Origin: an uncultured Alphaproteobacteria bacterium
GTDB lineage: Bacteria > Pseudomonadota > Alphaproteobacteria > RF32 > CAG-239
Length of the DNA stretch: 64,000 nt
NCBI GenBank assembly: GCA_944391345.1
Contig: CALXTE010000008.1
Coordinates: 2,374 to 66,373 of the forward strand
Direction of reading: 5' to 3'
The notes beneath the pieces are model-generated. The model was given only the letters and a program-made list of their open reading frames with translations, made no database searches and had not been told where the DNA came from. Positions 43,131 through 52,678 of the stretch are shown here, piece after piece. The first letter of the stretch is position 1; each line of letters opens with the position of its first letter. A program made the position numbers and the translations under genes.

Positions 43131-44462
43131 TTAGACTCCTTCTACTCTTCCGGTTAATGAATTGGTGGTGGCGTCGGTTACTCTGATGTTGACGATTTTG
43201 TTCAGGTAATCAGAGGAAAGCTCGGCGTGCAAATTTTGCATATAAGGGGTGCGCCCGATTAGTTGTTTGGCATGGCGCCCCTTGTGTTCAAATAAGACGG
43301 GCATGACTTTGCCGATGCTGGCTTGATTAAACTTGGTTTGATAATCAAACAAAAGGTTTTGTAATATCTCAAGCCGCTCTTTTTTGATTTTTTCGGGTAT
43401 CTGGTTAGGCATAATGGCCGCCGGTGTTCCGGGACGAGGGCTGTATTTGAACGAAAAGGCCTGAATATATTTGACCTTATTGACAACATCAAGCGTGGCT
43501 TGGAAATCTTCGTCGCTTTCTCCGGGGAAGCCGACGATGAAGTCTGAAGACATTCCAATTTCGGGGTTTGCCTCTTTAAGTTTGTCAATGATTCTTAAGT
43601 AATCACCCGATGTGTGGCGTCGGTTCATGGCTTTTAAAATTTTATCAGAACCGGACTGAATCGGTAAGTGCAGGTAAGGCATGAGTTTATCAACGTCTTT
43701 ATAGCAGGCAATTAAGTCATCGGTCATGTCGGCCGGATAAGAAGTTGTGTAGCGAATGCGTTTTAAGCCATCAATCTCAGCTAGCTTGCGGATTAAATAA
43801 GCTAAGTTTCTTTCTTGGCCGTTTTTATCTTCGCCATGATAAGAATTTACGTTTTGACCAAGCAAATTAAGCTCAATACTGCCGTCAGCAACAAGGCGTT
43901 TGGCTTCTTCCAACACGGCCTCTACCGGACGAGAATATTCAGCGCCGCGGGTATAAGGCACAACGCAATAGGTGCAAAAATTGTTGCAGCCTTCTTGAAT
44001 GGCTAAGAATGAGCAGCCGCCTGAGGCATGATTTATCGGTAAAGAGTCAAATTTGTCTTCTGCCGGAAAGTCGGTGTCAATGACAAAGGTGCCTTTTTTG
44101 CGGCGAATTTTTTCCAGTATTTCGGGCAGGCGATGATATGTCAGCGGGCCGGTGGCAAAATCTACAAAAGGTGCGCGTTTCCAGATTTGTTCATCTTCGG
44201 CCTGAACCACGCAGCCGCAGACGCCGATAATCGTGTCTTTGCCTTCAGCTAAGCGTTCCTCACGGATTAGGTTTAAGCGGCCTAAATCCGAAAATACTTT
44301 TTCGGCTGCTTTTTCGCGGATATGGCAGGTATTAAAAATAACGATATCAGCCTCTTTGAGAGTGGGAGTTGCGTGATGCCCGAGGCTTTCAAGTATGGCG
44401 GCGATGCGTCCTGAATCGTAGACGTTCATCTGACAGCCGAAGGTTTTTATATAATATTTCAT
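43131..44462 (-). CDS. miaB: tRNA methylthiotransferase
   Basis: TFGCQMNVYDS, CNNFCTYC, TRAM domain. Confidence 0.98.
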   Translation of the reverse strand: MKYYIKTFGCQMNVYDSGRIAAILESLGHHATPTLKEADIVIFNTCHIREKAAEKVFSDLGRLNLIREERLAEGKDTIIGVCGCVVQAEDEQIWKRAPFVDFATGPLTYHRLPEILEKIRRKKGTFVIDTDFPAEDKFDSLPINHASGGCSFLAIQEGCNNFCTYCVVPYTRGAEYSRPVEAVLEEAKRLVADGSIELNLLGQNVNSYHGEDKNGQERNLAYLIRKLAEIDGLKRIRYTTSYPADMTDDLIACYKDVDKLMPYLHLPIQSGSDKILKAMNRRHTSGDYLRIIDKLKEANPEIGMSSDFIVGFPGESDEDFQATLDVVNKVKYIQAFSFKYSPRPGTPAAIMPNQIPEKIKKERLEILQNLLFDYQTKFNQASIGKVMPVLFEHKGRHAKQLIGRTPYMQNLHAELSSDYLNKIVNIRVTDATTNSLTGRVEGV

Positions 44463-44629
44463 TCCTTAATTCTTGTTGTTCTTTCCTATATCCTTTTATT
44501 GTAAGCTATATTCGTTATTTTTTCAAATGTTATTTATGAATTTCTTAATTTTATATAATAGTGCTGGAAAATTGTGTATTTTTCTGTTAGTATATAGCTG
44601 TGATAACCACTATTTGAAAGTTTTTTACA

Positions 44630-45064
44630 ATGGAGCATGATATGGAAATTATTGCCAGCCTTAATGAAGATAACAAATTGACTTTTCTTAAGGTGTTTGC
44701 AAAATTGGCGGCGGCTGACGGGCATATTGATGATGAAGAAAAAGAATTTATTAACGATATTGCGTTGCGCTATGGGGTGCCGTCAGCACGAATCGAAGAA
44801 ATTTGGCGCGAAAACGGCGAAGATGCCTTAATCGCCGAAGTTAAAAATATTCATAACCGCCGTGCCGCTTTGATGTTGATTAAAGAAATGTGCTTTTTAT
44901 CTCATGCCGATGATGAGTTATCTGATAATGAGGTCTTGTTTATCGGAAAAGTCGGTGAGGCCTTGGGTATCAGTCTGGAAAAAATTCAAGAAATCAGCAA
45001 CTGGGTGATTGATCGGTTGATGTGGCTTGAACGCGGACGTATTATTTTTGAAGAAGTTTCCTAA
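44630..45064 (+). CDS. TerB-family protein
   Basis: LAAADGHIDDEE and HADDELSDNE motifs. Confidence 0.85.
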   Translation: MEHDMEIIASLNEDNKLTFLKVFAKLAAADGHIDDEEKEFINDIALRYGVPSARIEEIWRENGEDALIAEVKNIHNRRAALMLIKEMCFLSHADDELSDNEVLFIGKVGEALGISLEKIQEISNWVIDRLMWLERGRIIFEEVS

Positions 45065-45079
45065 GTTTGGGGAGGGCAT

Positions 45080-46072
45080 ATGAGCGATAGTTCAAATAAT
45101 ACGGTAAAAGCCGGAAGTATGGAAGTGTTTCGAGATAATAATCATCGGGTGGAAAAACCGGAGGCGATTATTCGTCGGGTGGTTGAGAAAAAATATCCGA
45201 AGCTTTCTTATGAGCAAACAAGCCATGTTATTGATGATTTGATTTCAAAACCGGCAGATGCCAAGGTTAAGGTCGGTGATGAAGAAATACGCGTTGATTC
45301 TCTGACCGAGTATGTGGCCGATATGATGGAAAAAATGAACGCCAGCGAATCGGATGGCGGTGATAGCTCGATGTCGGAATATTATCAATGGATTGAAGAC
45401 GGGCAAGAAATTTTGTCGCGTATGAATGATGGTTTTGTGTCTCATGAGGATTTAAGCGAGCGCAATGAACTCTTAAAGGATTTTGAACAGCGCGAAGTCG
45501 ATTTGATGACCTGTATCAGCCTTTATCGTCGCTGCAATCTGCAAGATCCACGCATTAGGCAAAAGTATGAACTGATGAATCGGAAGCTGGTTAAACTCAG
45601 AGAAATTCGCAGCGTAATTACAACATCAACCAAAGATAAGGCTGATGAAAAACAATCTTCTTCTGCTGAAAAAGCACGCGACGGAGCTTTGGCAATGGTT
45701 TATGCCGGCGTGTTGACCAAACTCGGTGCTGAAGCGCTAAGAGGCAGTCCGCAAATCTCCGATGAGCAAAAACGTGCGCTGAATGTTTATTTTGAACCGC
45801 ATGTTAATGATAAATATATCATGGCCTCCATTCGGGCGGATTTGCAAAATCAAGGACGTTTTCAAGAAAGCTTGGCGGAAGAGTTATTACAGCATCGTAC
45901 TGCAATGAAAGAGCAAAATCTGCAGTCCGTGCAAATGCGTTTGGCTCAGCTTTCGGGGCGTGTGCAGATGCCGTCGCAAGAGCAGAGAAAACCTGTTAAT
46001 GTTCAGAATCGCACATTTGACATGAACCGCTATATGATGTTAAAACAAAAACAAGAGCATTTGGGCGCTTAG
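45080..46072 (+). CDS. Hypothetical helical protein (candidate secreted effector)
   Basis: 330-aa ORF with RBS; shares a C-terminal motif with 29515-32532. Confidence 0.8.
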   Translation: MSDSSNNTVKAGSMEVFRDNNHRVEKPEAIIRRVVEKKYPKLSYEQTSHVIDDLISKPADAKVKVGDEEIRVDSLTEYVADMMEKMNASESDGGDSSMSEYYQWIEDGQEILSRMNDGFVSHEDLSERNELLKDFEQREVDLMTCISLYRRCNLQDPRIRQKYELMNRKLVKLREIRSVITTSTKDKADEKQSSSAEKARDGALAMVYAGVLTKLGAEALRGSPQISDEQKRALNVYFEPHVNDKYIMASIRADLQNQGRFQESLAEELLQHRTAMKEQNLQSVQMRLAQLSGRVQMPSQEQRKPVNVQNRTFDMNRYMMLKQKQEHLGA

Positions 46073-46112
46073 CGTTTTCTTCCGGTTAAATTTTGTTTAG
46101 GAGTTTGTTTTT

Positions 46113-46415
46113 ATGGGAATTTTGTTTGAACCATTTTTTTATATTATTTCTTTGTTAGTTGATATTTATTTTAACATTGTCGTTTTGGAAGTTGTTTTGA
46201 ACTGGTTGCTTTATTTTAAGGTTATTAAAGTTGATAATCAACTTACCTCGAAAGTTATGTCTATTTTAACGATGTTGACTCAGCCTGTCTATGCTAAAAT
46301 CAGAGAAAAAGTGCCGCCGTTTTCGGGCTTTGATTTGTCGCCGTTTATTTTGTTGTTGGCGCTTTTGTTTGTTGGTCGATTGGCTGATAAAATCTCTGCC
46401 TTTTTGTTGGGATAA
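46113..46415 (+). CDS. yggT: YggT-family membrane protein
   Basis: LTQPVYAKIR..PPFSGFDLSP. Confidence 0.92.
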   Translation: MGILFEPFFYIISLLVDIYFNIVVLEVVLNWLLYFKVIKVDNQLTSKVMSILTMLTQPVYAKIREKVPPFSGFDLSPFILLLALLFVGRLADKISAFLLG

Positions 46416-46424
46416 CTCCTTTTT

Positions 46425-46748
46425 ATGTTGTGGGAAGAGAAAGACGATTGTTTCTTTTTGAAAGTCAAGTTGACGCCTAATGCCTCAAGTGTCGGGTGCC
46501 ATGGCGTTTGGGTTGATGCCAAAGGAGAGGCTTATTTGAAGATCAGCATTATCTCTGTTCCCGAAAAAGGAAAGGCTAACAAAGAGCTGATTGCCTTTTT
46601 AGCAAAGATGCTTCATCTTCCGAAAAGTGCATTCGAAATTGTCAGCGGTTTGACCGATCGTTGCAAAAAAATTAAGATAGAGGCGGCGGATAAGGTGGGC
46701 CTGAGGTTAATGTTAGAAAGTCTTGAAAATAAAACGGATGAGAAATAA
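46425..46748 (+). CDS. DUF167/YggU-family protein
   Basis: VKLTPNAS, PEKGKANKELI, SGLTDRCK. Confidence 0.92.
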   Translation: MLWEEKDDCFFLKVKLTPNASSVGCHGVWVDAKGEAYLKISIISVPEKGKANKELIAFLAKMLHLPKSAFEIVSGLTDRCKKIKIEAADKVGLRLMLESLENKTDEK

Positions 46749-47593
46749 TGGCGATAATTGATGGTAAAAAATTAGCAGAGGATTGTCGAGCACAGCTTAA
46801 ACAAATGGTTGTGTCATTGAGTTATGTTCCGGTTTTGGCCGTGGTTTCCGTCGGAGATGACAAAGCCAGCAAGATTTATGTGCGCAATAAGGAAAAAGCG
46901 GCGGCAGAAGTCGGCATCAAATGTGATGTTTATTCTTTTCCCGAAGCGGTTTTTCAGAAGGAGCTTGAAAGCCTGATTATTCGTCTAAACCAAGATAAAA
47001 CCGTTCACGGAATTATAGTGCAGCAGCCGTTGCCGAAGTCAATTGACGGCGGAGTTTTGCTTGATTTTATTTCGGCAGAAAAAGATGTTGACGGATTTGG
47101 CGTGCTTAATGCCGGTCGTCTTTTGCTGAATGAAAAAGGCGGAATTGTGGCCGCGACACCGAAAGGGATTTTGCGTATGTTGGAGGCAACCGGAGAGCCT
47201 TTGGTCGGAAAGCATGCAGTTATTATCGGGCGCTCTAAAATAGTCGGTCGCCCGCTGGCGGCATTGTTGTTGAATCAGCATTGCACCGTGACAGTGGCTC
47301 ATTCTAAAACTCAAAATCTGCCAGAGATTTGTCGTACGGCTGATATTTTGATTGCGGCTTGCGGACAGCCTAAGATGGTTAAGAAAAATTGGGTGAAAAA
47401 AGGAGCTGTTGTTATTGATGTCGGGATTAATCGCGATGAAAATGGGAAAATTTGCGGTGATGTCGATTTTGATGATGTGGTTGATATTGCTAAATTTATT
47501 TCTCCGGTTCCCGGTGGGGTGGGGCCAATGACTGTGGCAATGTTGTTGGAAAATACGGTTCAAACTTCTCTTGTTCAAACAAAGGAAAATTAG
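46748..47593 (+). CDS. folD: Methylene-THF dehydrogenase/cyclohydrolase
   Basis: KDVDGF, GRSKIVGRP, DVGIN, PVPGGVGPMT. Confidence 0.98.
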   Translation: MAIIDGKKLAEDCRAQLKQMVVSLSYVPVLAVVSVGDDKASKIYVRNKEKAAAEVGIKCDVYSFPEAVFQKELESLIIRLNQDKTVHGIIVQQPLPKSIDGGVLLDFISAEKDVDGFGVLNAGRLLLNEKGGIVAATPKGILRMLEATGEPLVGKHAVIIGRSKIVGRPLAALLLNQHCTVTVAHSKTQNLPEICRTADILIAACGQPKMVKKNWVKKGAVVIDVGINRDENGKICGDVDFDDVVDIAKFISPVPGGVGPMTVAMLLENTVQTSLVQTKEN

Positions 47594-48211
47594 ATGATGC
47601 TTAAACGGATTTCAGATTTTTTCAGAGGAATGGTACAGGCTTGTTATGACTGGATGCTGCGGATGGCAGCTAGCCCTTACTCTATGTGGTTTTTGGCTTT
47701 AGTCGCTTTTGCAGAAAGCTCGTTCTTTCCCATTCCGCCCGATATTATGCTGATCCCGATGGTGTTGGCAATGCCGGATAAGGCTTGGAAAATTGCCGGT
47801 GTGACGATGGTTTCAAGTGTTATCGGCGGCTATTTTGGTTATGCTATCGGGGTGTTTGGTTATGAGCTGATTGCTAAGCCGATTTTGAGTTTTTACGGCT
47901 ATATGAATCAGTTTGAAGTCTTTAAGGGCTATTATCATGACTGGGGGGCTTGGATTGTGTTTGGTGCCGGTATTACGCCATTTCCTTATAAAGTTATTAC
48001 GATTGCCAGCGGGGCGGTCGGGCTTAATCTGTGGGTGTTTGGTATTGCTTCGGTTTTGGCCCGCGGTATGCGCTTTTATCTGGTGGCGTGGTTGCTCAAA
48101 AAATATGGTGAGCCGATGAAGATTTTTATTGAAAAACATTTGGGTAAACTTTCTGTTTTGTTTCTGATCTTACTTATCGGCGGTTTTTACAGTATTAAAT
48201 ATATGAATTAG
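47594..48211 (+). CDS. DedA/YqaA-family membrane protein
   Basis: FAESSFFPIPPD, GITPFPYK. Confidence 0.92.
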   Translation: MMLKRISDFFRGMVQACYDWMLRMAASPYSMWFLALVAFAESSFFPIPPDIMLIPMVLAMPDKAWKIAGVTMVSSVIGGYFGYAIGVFGYELIAKPILSFYGYMNQFEVFKGYYHDWGAWIVFGAGITPFPYKVITIASGAVGLNLWVFGIASVLARGMRFYLVAWLLKKYGEPMKIFIEKHLGKLSVLFLILLIGGFYSIKYMN

Positions 48212-48285
48212 CGCTTGACAAAATTATCTGTGCTGTTAGAACGGATGGCGTTTTCTTTATTATTAATATTTAATATTTTATAATT

Positions 48286-48870
48286 ATGGTTAATTCAAAA
48301 ATTAAAGTTCTTGAACAATTAAGAGAAAAATTCGGTGTTTCTCAAGAAAGCATTATTGCTTATTGGGATCAACAAAAAATTTTAGCTGAGCAAGTTGTTG
48401 ATGGCTCTTTGGAAAAGGAGGAAACGGATAACTATTCTTTTAATGGGAGATATCCGTTTAAGGTTTTATATGCTGACAATACGATTTCAGATGCGCCTCA
48501 GGAATGCAAAGCTGTTGCGATTGTTATTTCTTCTCGCTTTGCTTTGAAGTTGCTCAAGCCGGAAGATTTTAAAAAAAGTCGTTTGACATACAATGACGCA
48601 ATGCTGTTTGCTCAGCAAGATGTTATTGGTCACAAGGCGACTGCCGGTTCTCGTGCGTTTTGGAAAAAAATGGCTAAAATGAATGCCCATGGTTTAAAAA
48701 ATCTTAGACAATTGATGTTGTCTTTGGGAAGTGAACCTCTGGGTAATTATTGTTGGGTTGCTGATGATTTTGATGAGGCGTATGCGTGGCGCGTTTCTTT
48801 TAATGATAAGACTTTAACGACCTGTCGCAAATGCTATTTCAACGAAGTTTGGCCTATTCTTGAACTTTAG
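48286..48870 (+). CDS. Hypothetical protein, possible C-type-lectin-fold (DUF1566-like) C-terminus
   Basis: Terminal YCW..AWRVSF..K..VWPI pattern. Confidence 0.6.
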   Translation: MVNSKIKVLEQLREKFGVSQESIIAYWDQQKILAEQVVDGSLEKEETDNYSFNGRYPFKVLYADNTISDAPQECKAVAIVISSRFALKLLKPEDFKKSRLTYNDAMLFAQQDVIGHKATAGSRAFWKKMAKMNAHGLKNLRQLMLSLGSEPLGNYCWVADDFDEAYAWRVSFNDKTLTTCRKCYFNEVWPILEL

Positions 48871-48931
48871 TGCATTTTTAAACCTTTGAAAAGATTTTTT
48901 TTCAAAGGTTTTTTTATGATAAGGAAGAGAA

Positions 48932-49939
48932 ATGAAGGAGCAGAATTTATCTCAGGCGCTTTTGGACTGGTATTATAAAAATGGTCGTGATTTGCCGTGG
49001 CGCGTTAAGGGTGGCGCTCACGAAAATCCCTATGTCGTGTTGGTTTCGGAATTTATGTTGCAGCAGACAACAGTTAAGACGGTTATTCCTTATTTTACTA
49101 AATTTATGGCGCGTTTTCCGACGATTTTTGATCTTGCGCAGGCTGACTTGGAAGAAGTTTATCATTATTGGCAAGGGCTGGGGTATTATAGTCGGGCTCG
49201 CTCCCTTAAGCAAACGGCGGAAATGATTGTGGCTCGCGGTGATTTTCCTCAAACAGAAGCCGAGGTGTTGAAGCTTAAAGGGGTTGGCGAATATACGGCA
49301 GCCAGTTTTTTGGCTTTGGCTTTTAATCAGCCTTTGGCCGTGGTGGATGGTAATGTGATGCGAATTATTTGTCGGATGTATCACCTGACGCAGCCGCTTG
49401 AGGATATTAAGCAAGATATTAAGGCTAAAGCCTTAAAACTAACGTCGGTTCAGAATCCTGCTGATTATGCTTCTGCCATTATGGATCTCGGGGCAATGAT
49501 TTGTACGCCAAAGAATCCGCATTGTCATGATTGTCCGTGGCAAAAATATTGTGCTTCTGCCGGCAAAAGTGATGTTGAGCATATTCCTTATCGTAAAAAA
49601 AATGAAAAGCCGGTTCGGTACGGAGCAGTTTATCTTATTAAAAATTCTGAAGGGAAATATTTTATTCAGAAGCGCATGGAAAAAGGTTTGCTCTCGGGGC
49701 TTTATGCGTTTCCGTGGTGTGATAATGGCACACTGCAAATTTATGCCAAAGCGGCAGAAGATACGGGGTTAGAAGTCGTTCATGTCTTTACGCATTTTAA
49801 GCTTGTTTTGCGCCTTTTTGTTCTTGAAGCCGAATCTTCTGTCGGTAATGGCTTGTTTGTGTTTCCCTCAGCTTTTGAAAATTATCCATTTTCAACGCTG
49901 ATGAAAAAAGTTTGGAAAAAGTTTAGTTTAGCTGAATAA
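48932..49939 (+). CDS. mutY: A/G-specific adenine glycosylase
   Basis: RDLPWR, SEFMLQQT, GLGYYSRA, VDGNV, CTPKNPHCHDCPWQKYC. Confidence 0.97.
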   Translation: MKEQNLSQALLDWYYKNGRDLPWRVKGGAHENPYVVLVSEFMLQQTTVKTVIPYFTKFMARFPTIFDLAQADLEEVYHYWQGLGYYSRARSLKQTAEMIVARGDFPQTEAEVLKLKGVGEYTAASFLALAFNQPLAVVDGNVMRIICRMYHLTQPLEDIKQDIKAKALKLTSVQNPADYASAIMDLGAMICTPKNPHCHDCPWQKYCASAGKSDVEHIPYRKKNEKPVRYGAVYLIKNSEGKYFIQKRMEKGLLSGLYAFPWCDNGTLQIYAKAAEDTGLEVVHVFTHFKLVLRLFVLEAESSVGNGLFVFPSAFENYPFSTLMKKVWKKFSLAE

Positions 49940-50312
49940 TGCCGTAGTTCAGATATCCGGCAAAGGTAATCCACAACAGGTATGGTACCATGAGCCAACC
50001 GGCGGTTTTTGATACTTTGAAAAACATCTGGGTTAACATGATGACAGCCAGCCAGAGGCAGACCAGAACAAACATTGCTCCTTGCGGGTTTTGTGCGCCG
50101 AAAAATATGGGGGACCAGGCAAGGTTTAAAATCAGCTGCAGGGCAAAAATGCCGGATAGAAAATATTTTTGCTTTCCTTCGGCACTTTTGTAGGCAAAAA
50201 ACAGGGCCATGCCCATCATGAGATAAAGAATCGGCCAGACAATGCTGAAGACAATATCCGGCGGCGTGCCCAAAGGTTTTATCAGGCTGTGATACCATTC
50301 CATGTTTTGCAT
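49923..50312 (-). CDS. TspO/MBR tryptophan-rich sensory protein
   Basis: WYHSLIKP..PP..F.IVWPILY, LNLAWS, PYLLW. Confidence 0.93.
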   Translation of the reverse strand: MQNMEWYHSLIKPLGTPPDIVFSIVWPILYLMMGMALFFAYKSAEGKQKYFLSGIFALQLILNLAWSPIFFGAQNPQGAMFVLVCLWLAVIMLTQMFFKVSKTAGWLMVPYLLWITFAGYLNYGIIQLN

Positions 50313-50503
50313 CTTTTTTCTCCTTAAACTAAAGTTTATTGCAGAAAATAATATAATCTTTAATCGTAAAAATTCTTCTACAAAGGGATAATTTTTTTAT
50401 ATCTCTTTGTAATCTATAATAAAACCAAAAAAGTTATATTTTTTTGATTTTTTTGCTTGCAATTATTTTTTTTTATGATAAATATTTTCATGTTCTACTT
50501 GAT

Positions 50504-50578
50504 GCGGGTATAGCTCAGGGGTAGAGCGCAACCTTGCCAAGGTTGATGTCGTGGGTCCGAATCCCATTGCCCGCTCCA
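50504..50578 (+). tRNA. tRNA-Gly(GCC)
   Basis: Cloverleaf, anticodon arm caacc-ttGCCaa-ggttg, CCA end; T-loop reads TCCGAAT. Confidence 0.95.
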
Positions 50579-50685
50579 ATTTTATAGGCCTTGTTTTTAC
50601 AAGGTCTTTTTTTTGTTTTCTATAATCCTTGAAAATTTATTTATGATATTTATCTTTTTTTTCAAAACAAGTGAGGAACAAGTCG

Positions 50686-51138
50686 ATGTTGCAGAAGTGG
50701 TTTTTGATTGATGAGCGGGTTCGTTTTATTGTTATGGCAAGCCTGAACATGGTGCTGCGCTATTTTATTTTTGTTTTATTCGGTGTGATATTCGGGACAC
50801 TTCATTATCAAAAAATTTTGTTGGCAATGTGGGCGATTTCTTCGGTTGTGGCCTTTTATTCTTATAAAACACTCGTATTTAATACACAGGGAAATCATTT
50901 GAAAGAATATGGTAAGAGTGTTTTGATTTGGGGGTTTAGTTATGTGGTTAATGCTATTGTCTTAGATGTGTTGGTGGCAAAGGCTGCTTTTAATGTTTAT
51001 GCTTCGCAAGCGGTTGCAATTTTATTCTTGTTGATTACAAACTATTTGCTGTTCAAGCATTTTGCTTTCAAAAAGCCAAAAACGATTTGGACGCGATGGG
51101 AAAAAATGCTGCGGTTTTTTGATCTTTTTTCAAAGTGA
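50686..51138 (+). CDS. GtrA-family membrane protein
   Basis: RFIV, four TM helices, KTLVF, NYLLFKHFAF. Confidence 0.85.
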   Translation: MLQKWFLIDERVRFIVMASLNMVLRYFIFVLFGVIFGTLHYQKILLAMWAISSVVAFYSYKTLVFNTQGNHLKEYGKSVLIWGFSYVVNAIVLDVLVAKAAFNVYASQAVAILFLLITNYLLFKHFAFKKPKTIWTRWEKMLRFFDLFSK

Positions 51139-51187
51139 TTTTTTTCTTGCAATTTATGATGTTTGGTTTTATAAATTCTTAGCTGTT

Positions 51188-51277
51188 GGAGAGATGGCAG
51201 AGTGGTCGAATGCGGTTGACTCGAAATCAATTGTGCGCGTTAGCGTACCGGGGGTTCAAATCCCTCTCTCTCCGCCA
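51188..51277 (+). tRNA. tRNA-Ser(CGA)
   Basis: GGAGAGA/TCTCTCC acceptor stem, ctCGAaa loop, long variable arm, GCCA end. Confidence 0.97.
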
Positions 51278-51550
51278 ATCTGAAGCCCTGCACTATGCAG
51301 GGTTTTTTGTATGCGGAGAAGCTGTTTCAAGCGGCGCCGAAGGCTTGCTTTCAACGGACGGGATTATCCGCTTGGGCATCTAGGCTTGCTTTGGATACTC
51401 TTTCGAGGTATCCAAGCGCACCAAGATGTTCCAAGAGCTTGCAGACAAAAATGCCATGTTAAAGGCATTTTTGCTTAGCGCTCCCTCTCTCTCCGCCAGT
51501 TTAGTTGAAAGGACGCTTAGATATAGCGTCTTTTTTTGTATGCGGAGAAG
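51261..51550 (+). repeat. tRNA-Ser-linked repeat / att scar
   Basis: tccctctctctccgcca at 51261 and 51482; ttttttgtatgcggagaag at 51303 and 51532. Confidence 0.8.
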
Positions 51551-51551
51551 T

Positions 51552-52202
51552 TTATTTGATTTCTAAAATTTCACGAAATGAATTAAATCTAAAGAATATA
51601 TGATGCTTGGCATTGGGGATTATGCGGAGTTTGTCGCCATAAAATTCTTTTTGTGCATCTAGCGGAAAAAACGGATCTTTATCAGCCATAAGTGCAAGGT
51701 CAAAATTTTGAGAAATTTCTTGGTGATGTTTGGTGTAAAGTTTTTGCAGAGAAGCAAGCTCTTGTTGGCAACTTTCAAGCGAACGAAGCGATTGAAGCTC
51801 GTTATATTGTTGGTATTCTTTGTCTGATATAACCATATATTGCCGCCGAAATTCTAAATAATTATCAAGGGTTATGGAATTGAAAATATCCATGGTATGA
51901 GAGGAAAGTCCAAATTTTTCATCAAATAAATAAGGATTTCCGTTAATCGCGACTTTTTTATGCAAAGGCGGAAGCGTTTTTTGCATGATTGAAGCAACGA
52001 AAACACCGGCCGAATATGCAATCAGATTAATGTTTTTATAAGACGTAAAATCAAAATCTAAATTTAAATCCTGATAATCAAAGAGAATTAAGACGTCATC
52101 ATCGGTATCATGAAGGTTGGTAAACTGATTTTGGTCACATCCCCAACCCGAAAAAAAGAGGATCAGATTTTGTGCGTGATTATTTTTGAAAAAAGATTGC
52201 AT
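51552..52202 (-). CDS. BioG/DUF452-like pimeloyl-ACP methyl esterase
   Basis: LILFFSGWG, IAYSAGV nucleophile elbow, AINGNP. Confidence 0.85.
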   Translation of the reverse strand: MQSFFKNNHAQNLILFFSGWGCDQNQFTNLHDTDDDVLILFDYQDLNLDFDFTSYKNINLIAYSAGVFVASIMQKTLPPLHKKVAINGNPYLFDEKFGLSSHTMDIFNSITLDNYLEFRRQYMVISDKEYQQYNELQSLRSLESCQQELASLQKLYTKHHQEISQNFDLALMADKDPFFPLDAQKEFYGDKLRIIPNAKHHIFFRFNSFREILEIK

Positions 52203-52342
52203 TAATTTATTCCTTGAAAAATAAATGACAAGGTTAGATTAAAATTTATGCGTAAAAATAAAATTAAAGAAAAAAATAAAAAAAATCGAAAATATACCTT
52301 GACAAACTGTGTAAAAAAGCGTATGTAAAGCACAGAATTTAT

Positions 52343-52419
<77 letters not shown>

Positions 52420-52478
52420 AGGAAAAACAAGGCTTTGAGAAAAATCTCAAGGCCTTTTGTTTTATCTGTTTTGTTTTT

Positions 52479-52497
52479 TGTGCCACCCCTGTGCCAC
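52479..52497. other. Putative integrase arm-binding direct repeats
   Basis: tgtgccac-ccc-tgtgccac 60 bp downstream of the tRNA 3' end. Confidence 0.6.
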
Positions 52498-52678
52498 TTT
52501 TTTAAGTTAAAATAAATGTTGAAGAATGACCAATGGATTGGTTCAAATCTTGGTTATAGTATATTGAATTCTTAATAGTTCCTTGATTTTTCATATTAAA
52601 ATATTTAATATTGCTTTTCATTATTGCAGGAATACTAAAAATCCTAAAAATTCTAAAAATTATGGAAAGGAAATGCAT

